The notes under the pieces: model-generated
The model's input: only the letters and a program-made list of their open reading frames with translations
What the model was told of the DNA's origin: nothing
Databases searched by the model: none
Made by a program: the position numbers and the translations under genes
Shown here: in pieces, positions 29,286 through 41,684 of the stretch
Layout: each line of letters opens with the position of its first letter
Numbering within the stretch: position 1 is the stretch's first letter
Assembly (NCBI GenBank): GCA_047601445.1
Contig: JASGJH010000001.1
Span: 1,920,001 to 1,984,000, forward strand
Direction: 5' to 3'
DNA: 64,000 nt
Source: Myxococcales bacterium
GTDB taxonomy: Bacteria; Myxococcota_A; Polyangia; Polyangiales; DASUME01

Positions 29286-29810
29286 TCACTTCTCGCGGTA
29301 GATGATGTGGAAGCCGTACTCGGTCTCGATCACGTCGCTGACGCTGCCGGGCTCAAGCTCGAAGGTGGCCTTGTCGAACGCGGGCACCATGCGGCCGCGC
29401 GGGAACGTGCCGAGACGTCCACCGTTGGACTTGCCGGAAGGATCCTCCGTGTACTGATTGGCCAGCTCGGCGAAATCGGCGCCAGGTGCCTTGGCCTTCT
29501 TGTCGATGGACTCGGCCAGATGCTTCGCGTCGTCCTTGCTGCGCGTGATGTCCGCCGGGGCGCGTGCGGAGCCGGCATAGCGAATGAGAATGTGCGCCGC
29601 AGTGGCGGTCTCCACGGCCGCAGGAGCGATTTCCTTGGCGGCGTGCGCGTCTCCGTCCTTCTTTTCGGCTGCTCGCGCGAGCGCGGCCGTCTTGGCGCGC
29701 ACCTGGGCCGGATCCGGCGCGCTGACCTGTTCCCCGGCGGTAAAAGCCTGACAGCCGAGGAGGCCGCCGGAACACGCCAGCAAAGCCAATAAAACTGCGG
29801 ATTTTCGCAT
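29286..29810 (-). CDS. Parvulin (PpiC-type) peptidyl-prolyl isomerase, exported
   Basis: [43 protein letters not shown]-terminal signal/lipobox. Confidence 0.92.
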   Translation of the reverse strand: MRKSAVLLALLACSGGLLGCQAFTAGEQVSAPDPAQVRAKTAALARAAEKKDGDAHAAKEIAPAAVETATAAHILIRYAGSARAPADITRSKDDAKHLAESIDKKAKAPGADFAELANQYTEDPSGKSNGGRLGTFPRGRMVPAFDKATFELEPGSVSDVIETEYGFHIIYREK

Positions 29811-29849
29811 GGCCACGTGGATACCGCGTAGGGATCGCGGACGCAAGGG

Positions 29850-33383
<3,534 letters not shown>

Positions 33384-33453
33384 CGGTTGGGTGTAGCAGG
33401 CGCCTGCGAGCGTGCGCGAGCAGGCGGGCCCCGAGGGCGACTAGAACTCGGCG

Positions 33454-33978
33454 CTAAAAGTCAGTCAATGCGCGCCGGCGGGCGCGGTCGATGAGTGGCT
33501 GCATGGCGCGCTGAGCATCGTGGGTATCGAGCACCGTCACCTCGTCGAGGTGTTGGGCGTAGGGCTCGCTCTCGTCCAGGAACCACTCGAGGGCACGCGC
33601 GGGATCGAGCTTGGGCACTGCGCGTCCCGGCAACACCAGGGCGGCCGTGCGCACGCGCAGACCATCCAGGCGCACGAACAAATCACGCACGAAACGCCGG
33701 AAGCTCGCCTCGGCGAGCCCCGCTTGCGGGCCCGCACCGAGCCACAAGAGTCGCTCGGCCATCAGCCGCGGGCGCGCCGGCATCAGCACCGCCTCGCCGA
33801 GCTCACCGCTCATGCGCCCAAGCACCAACAGCTCCGAGATGCGCCCGCACAGACGCCAATCGATGAGCCCGGGCGCACCGCGCAGCGGACGCTCGTCGGA
33901 GAAGAAAGGAAGGCACAGCGCTTCGGTCTTGAGCTGGTCGAGGCTCGGCAAGTCATGCAGCGCGAAGTGCACGTCCAT
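33454..33978 (-). CDS. Stand-alone leucyl aminopeptidase (M17) N-terminal domain protein
   Basis: FSDERPLRGAPGLIDWRLCGRIS...GEAVL...LLWLGAG; ATG 33978 just after the nusB stop. Confidence 0.75.
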   Translation of the reverse strand: MDVHFALHDLPSLDQLKTEALCLPFFSDERPLRGAPGLIDWRLCGRISELLVLGRMSGELGEAVLMPARPRLMAERLLWLGAGPQAGLAEASFRRFVRDLFVRLDGLRVRTAALVLPGRAVPKLDPARALEWFLDESEPYAQHLDEVTVLDTHDAQRAMQPLIDRARRRALTDF

Positions 33979-33986
33979 GGCCGGCC

Positions 33987-34397
33987 TTACTCTTTGCCGA
34001 CTTCGCTCGCGATGCGATCGAGCACGCCATTGACGAAGCCCGGGCTGCCCTCGCTGCCGTAGCGCTTGGCGAGCTCCACGGCCTCGTTGAGCGTGACCTT
34101 GCGCGGCACGTCCGGCATGTACATCAGCTCGTAGGCCGAGAGCCTGAGGATGTTGCGGTCCACGCGCGGCATACGCTCGAGTCGCCAGTGCTCGCTCACC
34201 TTGCGGATCATCTCGTCGATGGCCTCGGCGTGACCGCCGTAGCCCTCGACGATGGTGCGCGCGAACTCGCGGCCTTCGATGCTGGACGCCAGATGCTCCC
34301 AGTGCAGGCGTTCGGCCCGCTCCACGGTGTCCCCCGCGAGATCCACGCAATACAAAATTTGCAGGGCGGCCTCGCGGGCCCTTCTACGCACACCCAT
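33987..34397 (-). CDS. nusB: Transcription antitermination factor NusB
   Basis: RRRAREAALQILY, WRLERM, DRNILRL, NEAVELAKRY, FVNGVLD. Confidence 0.97.
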   Translation of the reverse strand: MGVRRRAREAALQILYCVDLAGDTVERAERLHWEHLASSIEGREFARTIVEGYGGHAEAIDEMIRKVSEHWRLERMPRVDRNILRLSAYELMYMPDVPRKVTLNEAVELAKRYGSEGSPGFVNGVLDRIASEVGKE

Positions 34398-34496
34398 GAC
34401 AAAGAGCTCCGTCGGAAGCGCGCACGCTGGCGCGCAAGCAATCACACCCATGCACCTTCGAGCTGCGCTCTCAGGCCGACTCGGTTCCCAGGAACC

Positions 34497-34994
34497 TTAC
34501 AACCCCTGCGCGCTCAGCGCCCGACCCAGGTTGATCATTTCCAGTGCGGCCAGGGCCGCGTCGAACCCCTTGTTGCCCGCCTTGGTGCCGGCGCGCTCGA
34601 TGGCCTGCTCGATGCTATCCGTGGTAATCACGCCGAAAATCACCGGCACGCCGGTTTCCGCCATGGCGCTCGCGCAACCGCTGCTCACGCCCGAGCACAC
34701 GTAGTCGAAGTGCGGCGTCGAGCCGCGGATCACGGCGCCCAGCGCAATCACCGCGGCGAACTGGCCGGTCTTTGCCAAGCGCTGCGTAATCAACGGCAGC
34801 TCGAAGGCGCCCGGTGTGCGGGCAAGCGTGATGGCCCCCTGGGGCAAGCCGTGGCGGGTCAGGCCGTCGATGGCCCCCTCGATGAGCTTGTCGACGATGA
34901 AGTCGTTGAAGCGCGCGGCCACGATGGCGACGCGCACGTCGGCCGGAGCCAAAAATCCACCTTCGATGCGGCGCACGGCCTGGGTGTCACTCAT
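34497..34994 (-). CDS. ribH: 6,7-dimethyl-8-ribityllumazine synthase
   Basis: [45 protein letters not shown]. Confidence 0.97.
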   Translation of the reverse strand: MSDTQAVRRIEGGFLAPADVRVAIVAARFNDFIVDKLIEGAIDGLTRHGLPQGAITLARTPGAFELPLITQRLAKTGQFAAVIALGAVIRGSTPHFDYVCSGVSSGCASAMAETGVPVIFGVITTDSIEQAIERAGTKAGNKGFDAALAALEMINLGRALSAQGL

Positions 34995-35263
34995 GGGGCC
35001 GACAGTGTAGGAGCGAACTCCTCTTTGTCGACCGCCAGGTTGCGCGAGCCGGCGTATTCGCTCGGGAATCGCCTTCTCAGAAGGGTCCGCCGGCGCGCTG
35101 CGCACGGTCGCTCAAGTGAGCCATCCCACGTGGGTCGGAGGCGCGGCCCGCGCCCAAGTACGCGCGGACGGCGAGGGTTGGTCCGGGTGTCGGGGTGAGC
35201 GGCTGGATCACTGCCCTTCCTGTTTGGGTCGCGCTTTCTGGGCGTGCTAACAGCCATCCCCGC

Positions 35264-35803
35264 ATGTCGTTGGGTCGGGGAGCGCTGCTGTTCGTGTTGC
35301 CGGTGTCGGTCGCACCGACCTTGGAAGCTCAGGCGGCACCGGTCGCCCAGGCTGCTCCAACGGAAGGCTCTGCGTCGCTCGGCGCGACCTTGAACGCGGC
35401 CGTCCAAGCCTACGAGCGCGGTGACTACGAAGTCGCGCTCGAGCTATTCGAACGCCTGCATGCTGCGAGTCCCACGGCACGCACGCTGCGGAGCCTCGCG
35501 TTGGTTGCCTATCAACAGCGGCGTTGGCTCACCGCCATCGAGCTGTTCGAGCAAAGCCTGATGTCGGCGGAGAAGCCTCTCACAGACGCGATGCGCAGCG
35601 ATGTGCTCGGCCTCCTCGCGGACGCCCGAACGCAGGTCGCCAGTGAGGCCCCTCCGCTAGAGTGCACCGCGGCCGCCCGCAGCTGGTATCTCTTCACCCC
35701 TGCGACTGGACCTGGGCTCCGCCCTTGCTCTCGCCTGCCGTTGGCGCCGCAGGAGGCAGGAGGGAATCACGGGACGACTTGGGTCCCTGGATCTCCTCGC
35801 TGA
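35264..35803 (+). CDS. TPR-like protein, probably a truncated remnant
   Basis: AVQAYERGDYEVALELFER...LRSLALVAYQQRRWLTAIELFEQ TPR pattern; last 110 nt overlap the convergent alpha-E gene; start uncertain. Confidence 0.55.
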   Translation: MSLGRGALLFVLPVSVAPTLEAQAAPVAQAAPTEGSASLGATLNAAVQAYERGDYEVALELFERLHAASPTARTLRSLALVAYQQRRWLTAIELFEQSLMSAEKPLTDAMRSDVLGLLADARTQVASEAPPLECTAAARSWYLFTPATGPGLRPCSRLPLAPQEAGGNHGTTWVPGSPR

Positions 35804-36722
35804 CGTAGGAACACACGAGCGCGGTCTGATCGACCACGTGTGTGAGCACGCGATGGATGCCGGCCAGCTCGAACGGCCCCTCGGCCTCGGCCTCGAGCCA
35901 CTTGATCAAATCCGCCAGGCACTTGGTGGAGGCCCGTGCCGGTGATGGATCGGGCCAAACACAGTTCAAGATGGAGAGCGACGAGCGCAGGCAGTAGTTG
36001 AGCGAGCGTGGAAACGCCGGCGAGAGAAGCAGGAACTCCACCATGTTGTGGGCGGTGACGCGACCCTGGTTCTTCTTCATGAAGGCCTCGGAGCCCGAGC
36101 AGGCCCGAAGCAACGACATCCAGAGCGCGGTCTGCACGATGTCGTGTTGGGCGGCCTCGCGCTCCATGGTGTGGTGGTGCATGTCGAGGATGCGCGCGGT
36201 TTGTCCGACGCGCTCGATCATCGCCCCGAACCACAGGAAGCGCATGGCGTCTTCGTGCAGCATGGTGCTGCGGACCAGGCCCAAGATGAGCTGGGTGCCG
36301 CGGCGGATGTGCTTGTAGAACTCCTCGCGGTGGTCCCAGTAGAGCTGCGTGGTGCTCTCTCGGCCGAGCCACAGGTAGAGTTCGTTGATCTCTTCCCAGG
36401 TGTCGAGCGAGAGCTGGTCGCGCAGGGAGCGGGCGCACTCGCGAGCAGCGCGCACCGAGCTCGAGATGCTCACCAGGTTGTCGCGGTTCCAGGTCATGTA
36501 CTCCTGGACCAACTCGCCGTTGCCCAGGGACTCCCGGTCGTAGCGCTCGACGAAGCCCTTCTCTTCGCCCGAGACGATCACCAGCGGCGGCCAGCAGTGC
36601 GTGACCGGAATGTCGGCGTCGAACACCAGTGAGCGCGTCGCATTCAAGAGACGAGTCGAACTCTCTGCGCGCTCAAGATATCGACCGAACCAGAAGCAAT
36701 AGTCTGCGACGCGTGAAATCAC
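35694..36722 (-). CDS. Alpha-E domain protein (DUF403)
   Basis: ISRVADYCFWFGRYLERAE, ARECARSLRDQLS..TWE.IN, second ER motif (MIERVGQTARILD), FPRSL; GTGA overlap with the ligase gene. Confidence 0.92.
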   Translation of the reverse strand: MISRVADYCFWFGRYLERAESSTRLLNATRSLVFDADIPVTHCWPPLVIVSGEEKGFVERYDRESLGNGELVQEYMTWNRDNLVSISSSVRAARECARSLRDQLSLDTWEEINELYLWLGRESTTQLYWDHREEFYKHIRRGTQLILGLVRSTMLHEDAMRFLWFGAMIERVGQTARILDMHHHTMEREAAQHDIVQTALWMSLLRACSGSEAFMKKNQGRVTAHNMVEFLLLSPAFPRSLNYCLRSSLSILNCVWPDPSPARASTKCLADLIKWLEAEAEGPFELAGIHRVLTHVVDQTALVCSYVSEEIQGPKSSRDSLLPPAAPTAGESKGGAQVQSQG

Positions 36723-38218
36723 GTGCCGTTCTCCCGCTCCACCCAAGTGTCCTTGGAACCGCCGCCTTGGCTCGAGTTAACCACGTAGGAACCTTCTACC
36801 AGGGCCACGCGCGTGAGACCACCGGGCAGCACCCAGGAGCCATCCGGCCGCGTGAGAATGAAGGGCCTCAAGTCCACCCGCCGCGGCGCCAACTTGTCCT
36901 GGCCCGGGATCCAGGTGGGACAAGTGGAGAGCTCGATGCGGTGCTGAGCGATGTACTTGCGGGGCTCGGCCACGATGCGCTCGCGGAACTCCTCACGCTG
37001 CGCGGCCGTGGATTGCGGACCCATCAGCATGCCGTAGCCGCCGGCCTCGTCGACCGCCTTCACCACCAGCTGATCGAGGTGTTCGAGCACGTACTTCTTG
37101 TCCTGCTCCTTGGCGCACACGAAGGTGTCGACCTGGGCCAGCGAGCACTCCTCACCGAGGTAGTAGCGGATCATGTCGGGGACGAAGGGATAGACGGCCT
37201 TGTCGTCCGCGATGCCATTGCCCGGCGCATTGGCCAGCGTGACGCGTCCCGTGGCGTAGGCGCGCATCAGCCCGGGGACCCCGAGCATGCTGTCCGGCCG
37301 GAAGAACTCCGGATCCAGGTAAGCGTCGTCGATGCGGCGATAGATCACGTGCACGCGCTGGGGCCCGTGAATGGTGCGCACGTAGACCGTGTCGTTCTCC
37401 ACGAACAGGTCCGAGGGTTCCACCAGGGGAATGCCCATGTGACGCGCCAGGAAGGAGTGCTCGAAGTAAGCCGAGTTGTAGATGCCCGGGGTGAGCACCA
37501 CCATGCTCAGCTCGTCTTCCTCGGTGTCCCTGGGCGCGATGGCACGCAGGGTTTGGGCGAGCTCCATGGGGTATTGCTCGACCTGCCGGACGTTGGTCAT
37601 CTCGACCGAGTCGCGGAACACGCGCTTGGTGACCAGGCGGTTCTCCACCACGTAGGACACCCCCGAGGGCGTCCGCACGTTGTCCTCGAGCACGCGGAAC
37701 ACTCCGTCGGGGCTGCGGATGAGATCGATGCCGGCGATGGGGATGCGCACGCCGCCCGCGGGCCTGATGCCGCGCAGCTTGGACTCGTATTGCTTGGCGG
37801 CCAGCACGAGGTCCGCCGGGATGACGCCCTGCTTGAGGATCTTCTGCTCCCCGTACATGTCGTCGAGGAAGTGATTCAAGGCGGCGATGCGCTGGGCGAG
37901 GCCGGCTTCCACCTTGGCCCACTCGGCCGCGCCGATGACGCGCGGGGCAAGGCAGATGGGGAAGATTTTCTCCGTCCCCTGCTTGTCCGAGTAGACCGAA
38001 AACGTTACGCCTTGGTTGAACAGGGAGAGTTCCGCAAGGGATTGATAGCGACCGAACTCGCGCGCCGAGAGCGCATTCAGCATGGCGTGAACACGCCGTG
38101 TGTGCCCTCTAGGTAAACCGTCCGCAGCGACCGTTTCGTCGTAGGTCCCTGCGAGGGGCGAGTAGCTGTCGAACAAACCGGACTTCGCGTTCGGGACGAC
38201 TTGCAGCACGTTGTTCAT
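36719..38218 (-). CDS. Circularly permuted type 2 ATP-grasp protein
   Basis: GIDLIR, VLEDNVRTPSGVSY, LTPGIYNSAYFEHSFLA, IYRRIDD, GNGIADDK, GGYG, VDLRPF, PGGLTRVAL, VNSSQGGGSKDTW. Confidence 0.95.
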   Translation of the reverse strand: MNNVLQVVPNAKSGLFDSYSPLAGTYDETVAADGLPRGHTRRVHAMLNALSAREFGRYQSLAELSLFNQGVTFSVYSDKQGTEKIFPICLAPRVIGAAEWAKVEAGLAQRIAALNHFLDDMYGEQKILKQGVIPADLVLAAKQYESKLRGIRPAGGVRIPIAGIDLIRSPDGVFRVLEDNVRTPSGVSYVVENRLVTKRVFRDSVEMTNVRQVEQYPMELAQTLRAIAPRDTEEDELSMVVLTPGIYNSAYFEHSFLARHMGIPLVEPSDLFVENDTVYVRTIHGPQRVHVIYRRIDDAYLDPEFFRPDSMLGVPGLMRAYATGRVTLANAPGNGIADDKAVYPFVPDMIRYYLGEECSLAQVDTFVCAKEQDKKYVLEHLDQLVVKAVDEAGGYGMLMGPQSTAAQREEFRERIVAEPRKYIAQHRIELSTCPTWIPGQDKLAPRRVDLRPFILTRPDGSWVLPGGLTRVALVEGSYVVNSSQGGGSKDTWVERENGT

Positions 38219-38328
38219 GTAAGCGTTCCAGGGACGATGTGACAGCCGAAAATTGCTGGGTTACGCGCTTTTGACTCCGAGGAAACCGCTCGGACACGCC
38301 GCAACCCTATCAGGTGAGGTAGGACTAT

Positions 38329-41300
38329 ATGGGGATACGCGTCTCGCTCCACCACGTTACTCATTACAAGTACGACCGGCCGGTCCAGTTCGCGCCACAC
38401 GTGGTGCGTCTCAGACCCGCCCCCCACTCGCGAACGCCTATCACGGCGTACTCGTTGAAGGTGACCCCAAGCGACCACTTTCTCAACTGGCAACAGGACC
38501 CCTTCGGGAATTGGCAGGCACGCCTGGTGTTCCCAAAGCTGGCCAAAGAGCTGAAAGTTGAAGTGGACCTGGTGGCCGACCTGACCACCATCAATCCCTT
38601 CGATTTTTTCCTCGAGGAGTACGCAGAGAAAGTCCCGTTCGCTTACGAGCCCACCCTGCTCCAGGAGCTGGCGCCGTACCTCGAGGCGATGCCCACCGGG
38701 GCCCGGGTGGCCCAGCTCGTGGGCCGGGTGCGAGACGACGTCATGCGGCCCGAGCGGCGCAGCATCGACGTCCTGGTCGAGATCAACCAGCTCATCCAGC
38801 GCTCGCTTCGCTACGACATCCGCATGGAGCCGGGCGTGTTCGCGCCCGACGAGACCCTGGAACGCGGGCACGGCTCCTGTCGTGATTTTGCCTGGCTGTT
38901 GGTGAACGTCCTGCGCCAGGTGGGCTTCGCGGCCCGTTTCGTGTCGGGGTACTCCATCCAGCTGAAGGCCGATCAGAAGCCCGTGGAGGGGCCCGAGGGC
39001 GTCCTGCAGGACGTCACGGATCTGCACGCCTGGGTCGAGGCGTACCTGCCGGGCGCCGGCTGGATCGGCCTCGACGCCACCAGCGGCTTGCTGTGCGGCG
39101 AAGGCCACATCCCCCTGGCCGCCACCCCCTCCCCGAGCTCAGCCGCCCCGATCACGGGGTCGTTCGGCTGGCACAAGACGGCCGAAGAAGACGAGGTCGA
39201 CGAGCAATTCGCGTACAGCATGGAAGTGCGGCGCATCGAGGATCGACCGCGCCCCACCAAGCCGTACTCGGACGCCCAGTGGGAGGCCCTGATCGCCTGT
39301 GGCGATCACGTGGAGCGCGCACTGGCCGCTGGTGACGTGCGCCTGACGATGGGCGGTGAGCCCACCTTCGTGGCCATGGACGACCCCGAGGGCGACGAGT
39401 GGAACACCGCGGCGCTCGGGCCCACCAAGCACAAGTACGCCGACAAGCTCCTGCGCAAGCTGCACAAGCGCTTCGCGCCGGGCGGGCTTCTGCACCATGG
39501 CCAGGGCAAGTGGTACCCGGGCGAGCCCCTACCCCGCTGGGCCTACTCCTGTTACTTCCGCAAGGACGGCGAGCCCGTGTGGCGCGACGTCTCGCTGATC
39601 GCCGAGGAGAGCACGGGTCATCAGCACACCACCAAGGAGGCCGAGGCCTTCGTGCGCGCGCTGACGCGACGCCTGGGCATCAACGAGAAGTTCATCATCC
39701 CGGGCTTCGAGGACGTCTATTACTACATGTGGAAGGAGCGGAAGCTCCCGGTGAACGTGGACCCCTTCGACTCCAAGCTCGAGAGTCCCGAGGAGCGCGC
39801 GCGACTGCGCCGCATCTTCGAGCAGGGCCTGAAGTCCACGGTGGGCTTCGTGCTGCCGCTCTCCGCCACCTGGGAGCGCGACCAGCTGCGCTGGGTGAGT
39901 GGTCCTTGGTTCCTGCGCGACGAGCGCATGTACTTGATCCCCGGCGACTCGCCGATGGGATACCGCTTGCCCCTCGACTCGCTGCCCTGGACGGCGCCCG
40001 AAGATCGCAACGGCTTCTTCCCGCGTGATCCGTTTGCCCCGCGTCCACAGCTGCCCACGCGCAAGCAACTCGGGGAGCCGACGCCCGGCATGGTGGGCGC
40101 GGGTCGCGGACACGAGCTCAAGCGCGCGCCCGGACCCGGCGAGTCCGCAGGCGGGGACCTCACGCGAACCGCGGTGTGCGTGGAGTCCCGCGAGGGCATC
40201 GTGCACGTGTTCATGCCGCCGGTGGCGCTACTCGAGGAGTATCTCGATCTGGTGGCGACCCTCGAGGAGACCGCTGCCGAGCTGCAACAGCCCATCCAGC
40301 TCGAGGGCTATCATCCGCCGAGCGATCACCGCCTGGAGCGCCTGCAGGTCACGCCCGACCCGGGTGTCATCGAGGTGAACATTCAGCCGATGCGCTCGTG
40401 GCGTGAGACCGTGGCCAACACCGCGGGCCTCTACGAAGACGCCAAGCAGTGCCGCCTGATGACCGACAAGTTCATGGTCGACGGGCGCCATACGGGCACG
40501 GGCGGCGGCAATCACATCACGCTGGGCGGGCCGACCCCTGCCGACAGTCCGTTCCTGCGTCGACCGGATCTGCTGCGCAGCTTCACGAGCTACTGGCTGA
40601 ATCACCCCTCGCTCTCGTACTTGTTCTCGGGCTTGTTCGTGGGACCCACGAGCCAGGCGCCGCGCATGGACGAAGCGCGCATGGACAGCATCTACGAGCT
40701 GGATATCGCCTACGGCGCGTTGCCCACGCAAAACGGAGCGCCGCCGCCGTGGTTGGTCGACCGCGTGTTCCGCCACTTGCTGGTGGACGTGACGGGCAAC
40801 ACCCATCGCACCGAGATCTGCATCGACAAGCTGTACAGCCCGGACGCATCGAGCGGACGCCAGGGCCTGGTGGAACTGCGTGCCTTCGAAATGCCGCCCG
40901 ATTGGCGCATGAGCTGTGCGGCGCAGCTGATGGTGCGCACGTTGATGGCGTGGTTCTGGCGTGAGCCCTATGAGCGCCCGCCGGTGCGTTGGAACACGAC
41001 GCTCGTCGATCGCTTCATGCTGCCGCACTTCGTGCAGCAGGACATGAAGGACGTCTCCGCGGACCTGCAGCGCGCAGGCTTCCCGGTAGACGCATCCTGG
41101 TACAACCCGCAGTACGAGTTCCGCTTCCCGTTCCTGGGCCGCGTGGCCAGCGACGGCGTGGAGCTGGAGCTGCGTCAGGCTATCGAGCCGTGGCACGTGT
41201 TGGGTGAACAGCCCGGCGGCGGCGGCACCGTGCGCTACGTGGATTCGTCCGTGGAGCGCGTCCAAGTGCTGGTACGCAACATGACCGAGTCACGCCATGT

Positions 41301-41670
41301 GGTGGCCTGCAATGGGCGACGCGTTCCGCTTCACCCGACCGGGACCGCCGGGGAGTACGTGGCCGGTGTCCGGTATCGCGCCTGGAAGCCCCCTACGGCG
41401 CTGCACCCCACCATCGACGTGCACGCACCGCTCACTTTCGACGTGCTCGACAGCTGGTCGGATCGCTCCTTGGGAGGTTGTACCTACCATGTGGCACATC
41501 CGGGTGGGCGTGCTCACGAGAACTTCCCGCGAAACGCTCTTGAGGCCGAAAGTCGGCGGGTAGCCCGCTTTTTCCCGTTTGGCCATAGCCAGGGCAGCTG
41601 CCCGATGCCGGCCCAGGAGCGCAGCCTCGAATTGCCGCTCACGCTCGACCTTCGGCGCCCGGATCCCTAA
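38329..41670 (+). CDS. Transglutaminase-like domain fused to DUF2126 (glutamine synthetase-fold amidoligase)
   Basis: HVTHYKY N-domain; GSCRDFAW / HAW / GWIGLDAT triad; MGGEPTF, PDPGVIEVN, GTGGGNH, ELRAFE. Confidence 0.93.
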   Translation: MGIRVSLHHVTHYKYDRPVQFAPHVVRLRPAPHSRTPITAYSLKVTPSDHFLNWQQDPFGNWQARLVFPKLAKELKVEVDLVADLTTINPFDFFLEEYAEKVPFAYEPTLLQELAPYLEAMPTGARVAQLVGRVRDDVMRPERRSIDVLVEINQLIQRSLRYDIRMEPGVFAPDETLERGHGSCRDFAWLLVNVLRQVGFAARFVSGYSIQLKADQKPVEGPEGVLQDVTDLHAWVEAYLPGAGWIGLDATSGLLCGEGHIPLAATPSPSSAAPITGSFGWHKTAEEDEVDEQFAYSMEVRRIEDRPRPTKPYSDAQWEALIACGDHVERALAAGDVRLTMGGEPTFVAMDDPEGDEWNTAALGPTKHKYADKLLRKLHKRFAPGGLLHHGQGKWYPGEPLPRWAYSCYFRKDGEPVWRDVSLIAEESTGHQHTTKEAEAFVRALTRRLGINEKFIIPGFEDVYYYMWKERKLPVNVDPFDSKLESPEERARLRRIFEQGLKSTVGFVLPLSATWERDQLRWVSGPWFLRDERMYLIPGDSPMGYRLPLDSLPWTAPEDRNGFFPRDPFAPRPQLPTRKQLGEPTPGMVGAGRGHELKRAPGPGESAGGDLTRTAVCVESREGIVHVFMPPVALLEEYLDLVATLEETAAELQQPIQLEGYHPPSDHRLERLQVTPDPGVIEVNIQPMRSWRETVANTAGLYEDAKQCRLMTDKFMVDGRHTGTGGGNHITLGGPTPADSPFLRRPDLLRSFTSYWLNHPSLSYLFSGLFVGPTSQAPRMDEARMDSIYELDIAYGALPTQNGAPPPWLVDRVFRHLLVDVTGNTHRTEICIDKLYSPDASSGRQGLVELRAFEMPPDWRMSCAAQLMVRTLMAWFWREPYERPPVRWNTTLVDRFMLPHFVQQDMKDVSADLQRAGFPVDASWYNPQYEFRFPFLGRVASDGVELELRQAIEPWHVLGEQPGGGGTVRYVDSSVERVQVLVRNMTESRHVVACNGRRVPLHPTGTAGEYVAGVRYRAWKPPTALHPTIDVHAPLTFDVLDSWSDRSLGGCTYHVAHPGGRAHENFPRNALEAESRRVARFFPFGHSQGSCPMPAQERSLELPLTLDLRRPDP

Positions 41671-41684
41671 CATAGCGTTCGGCC

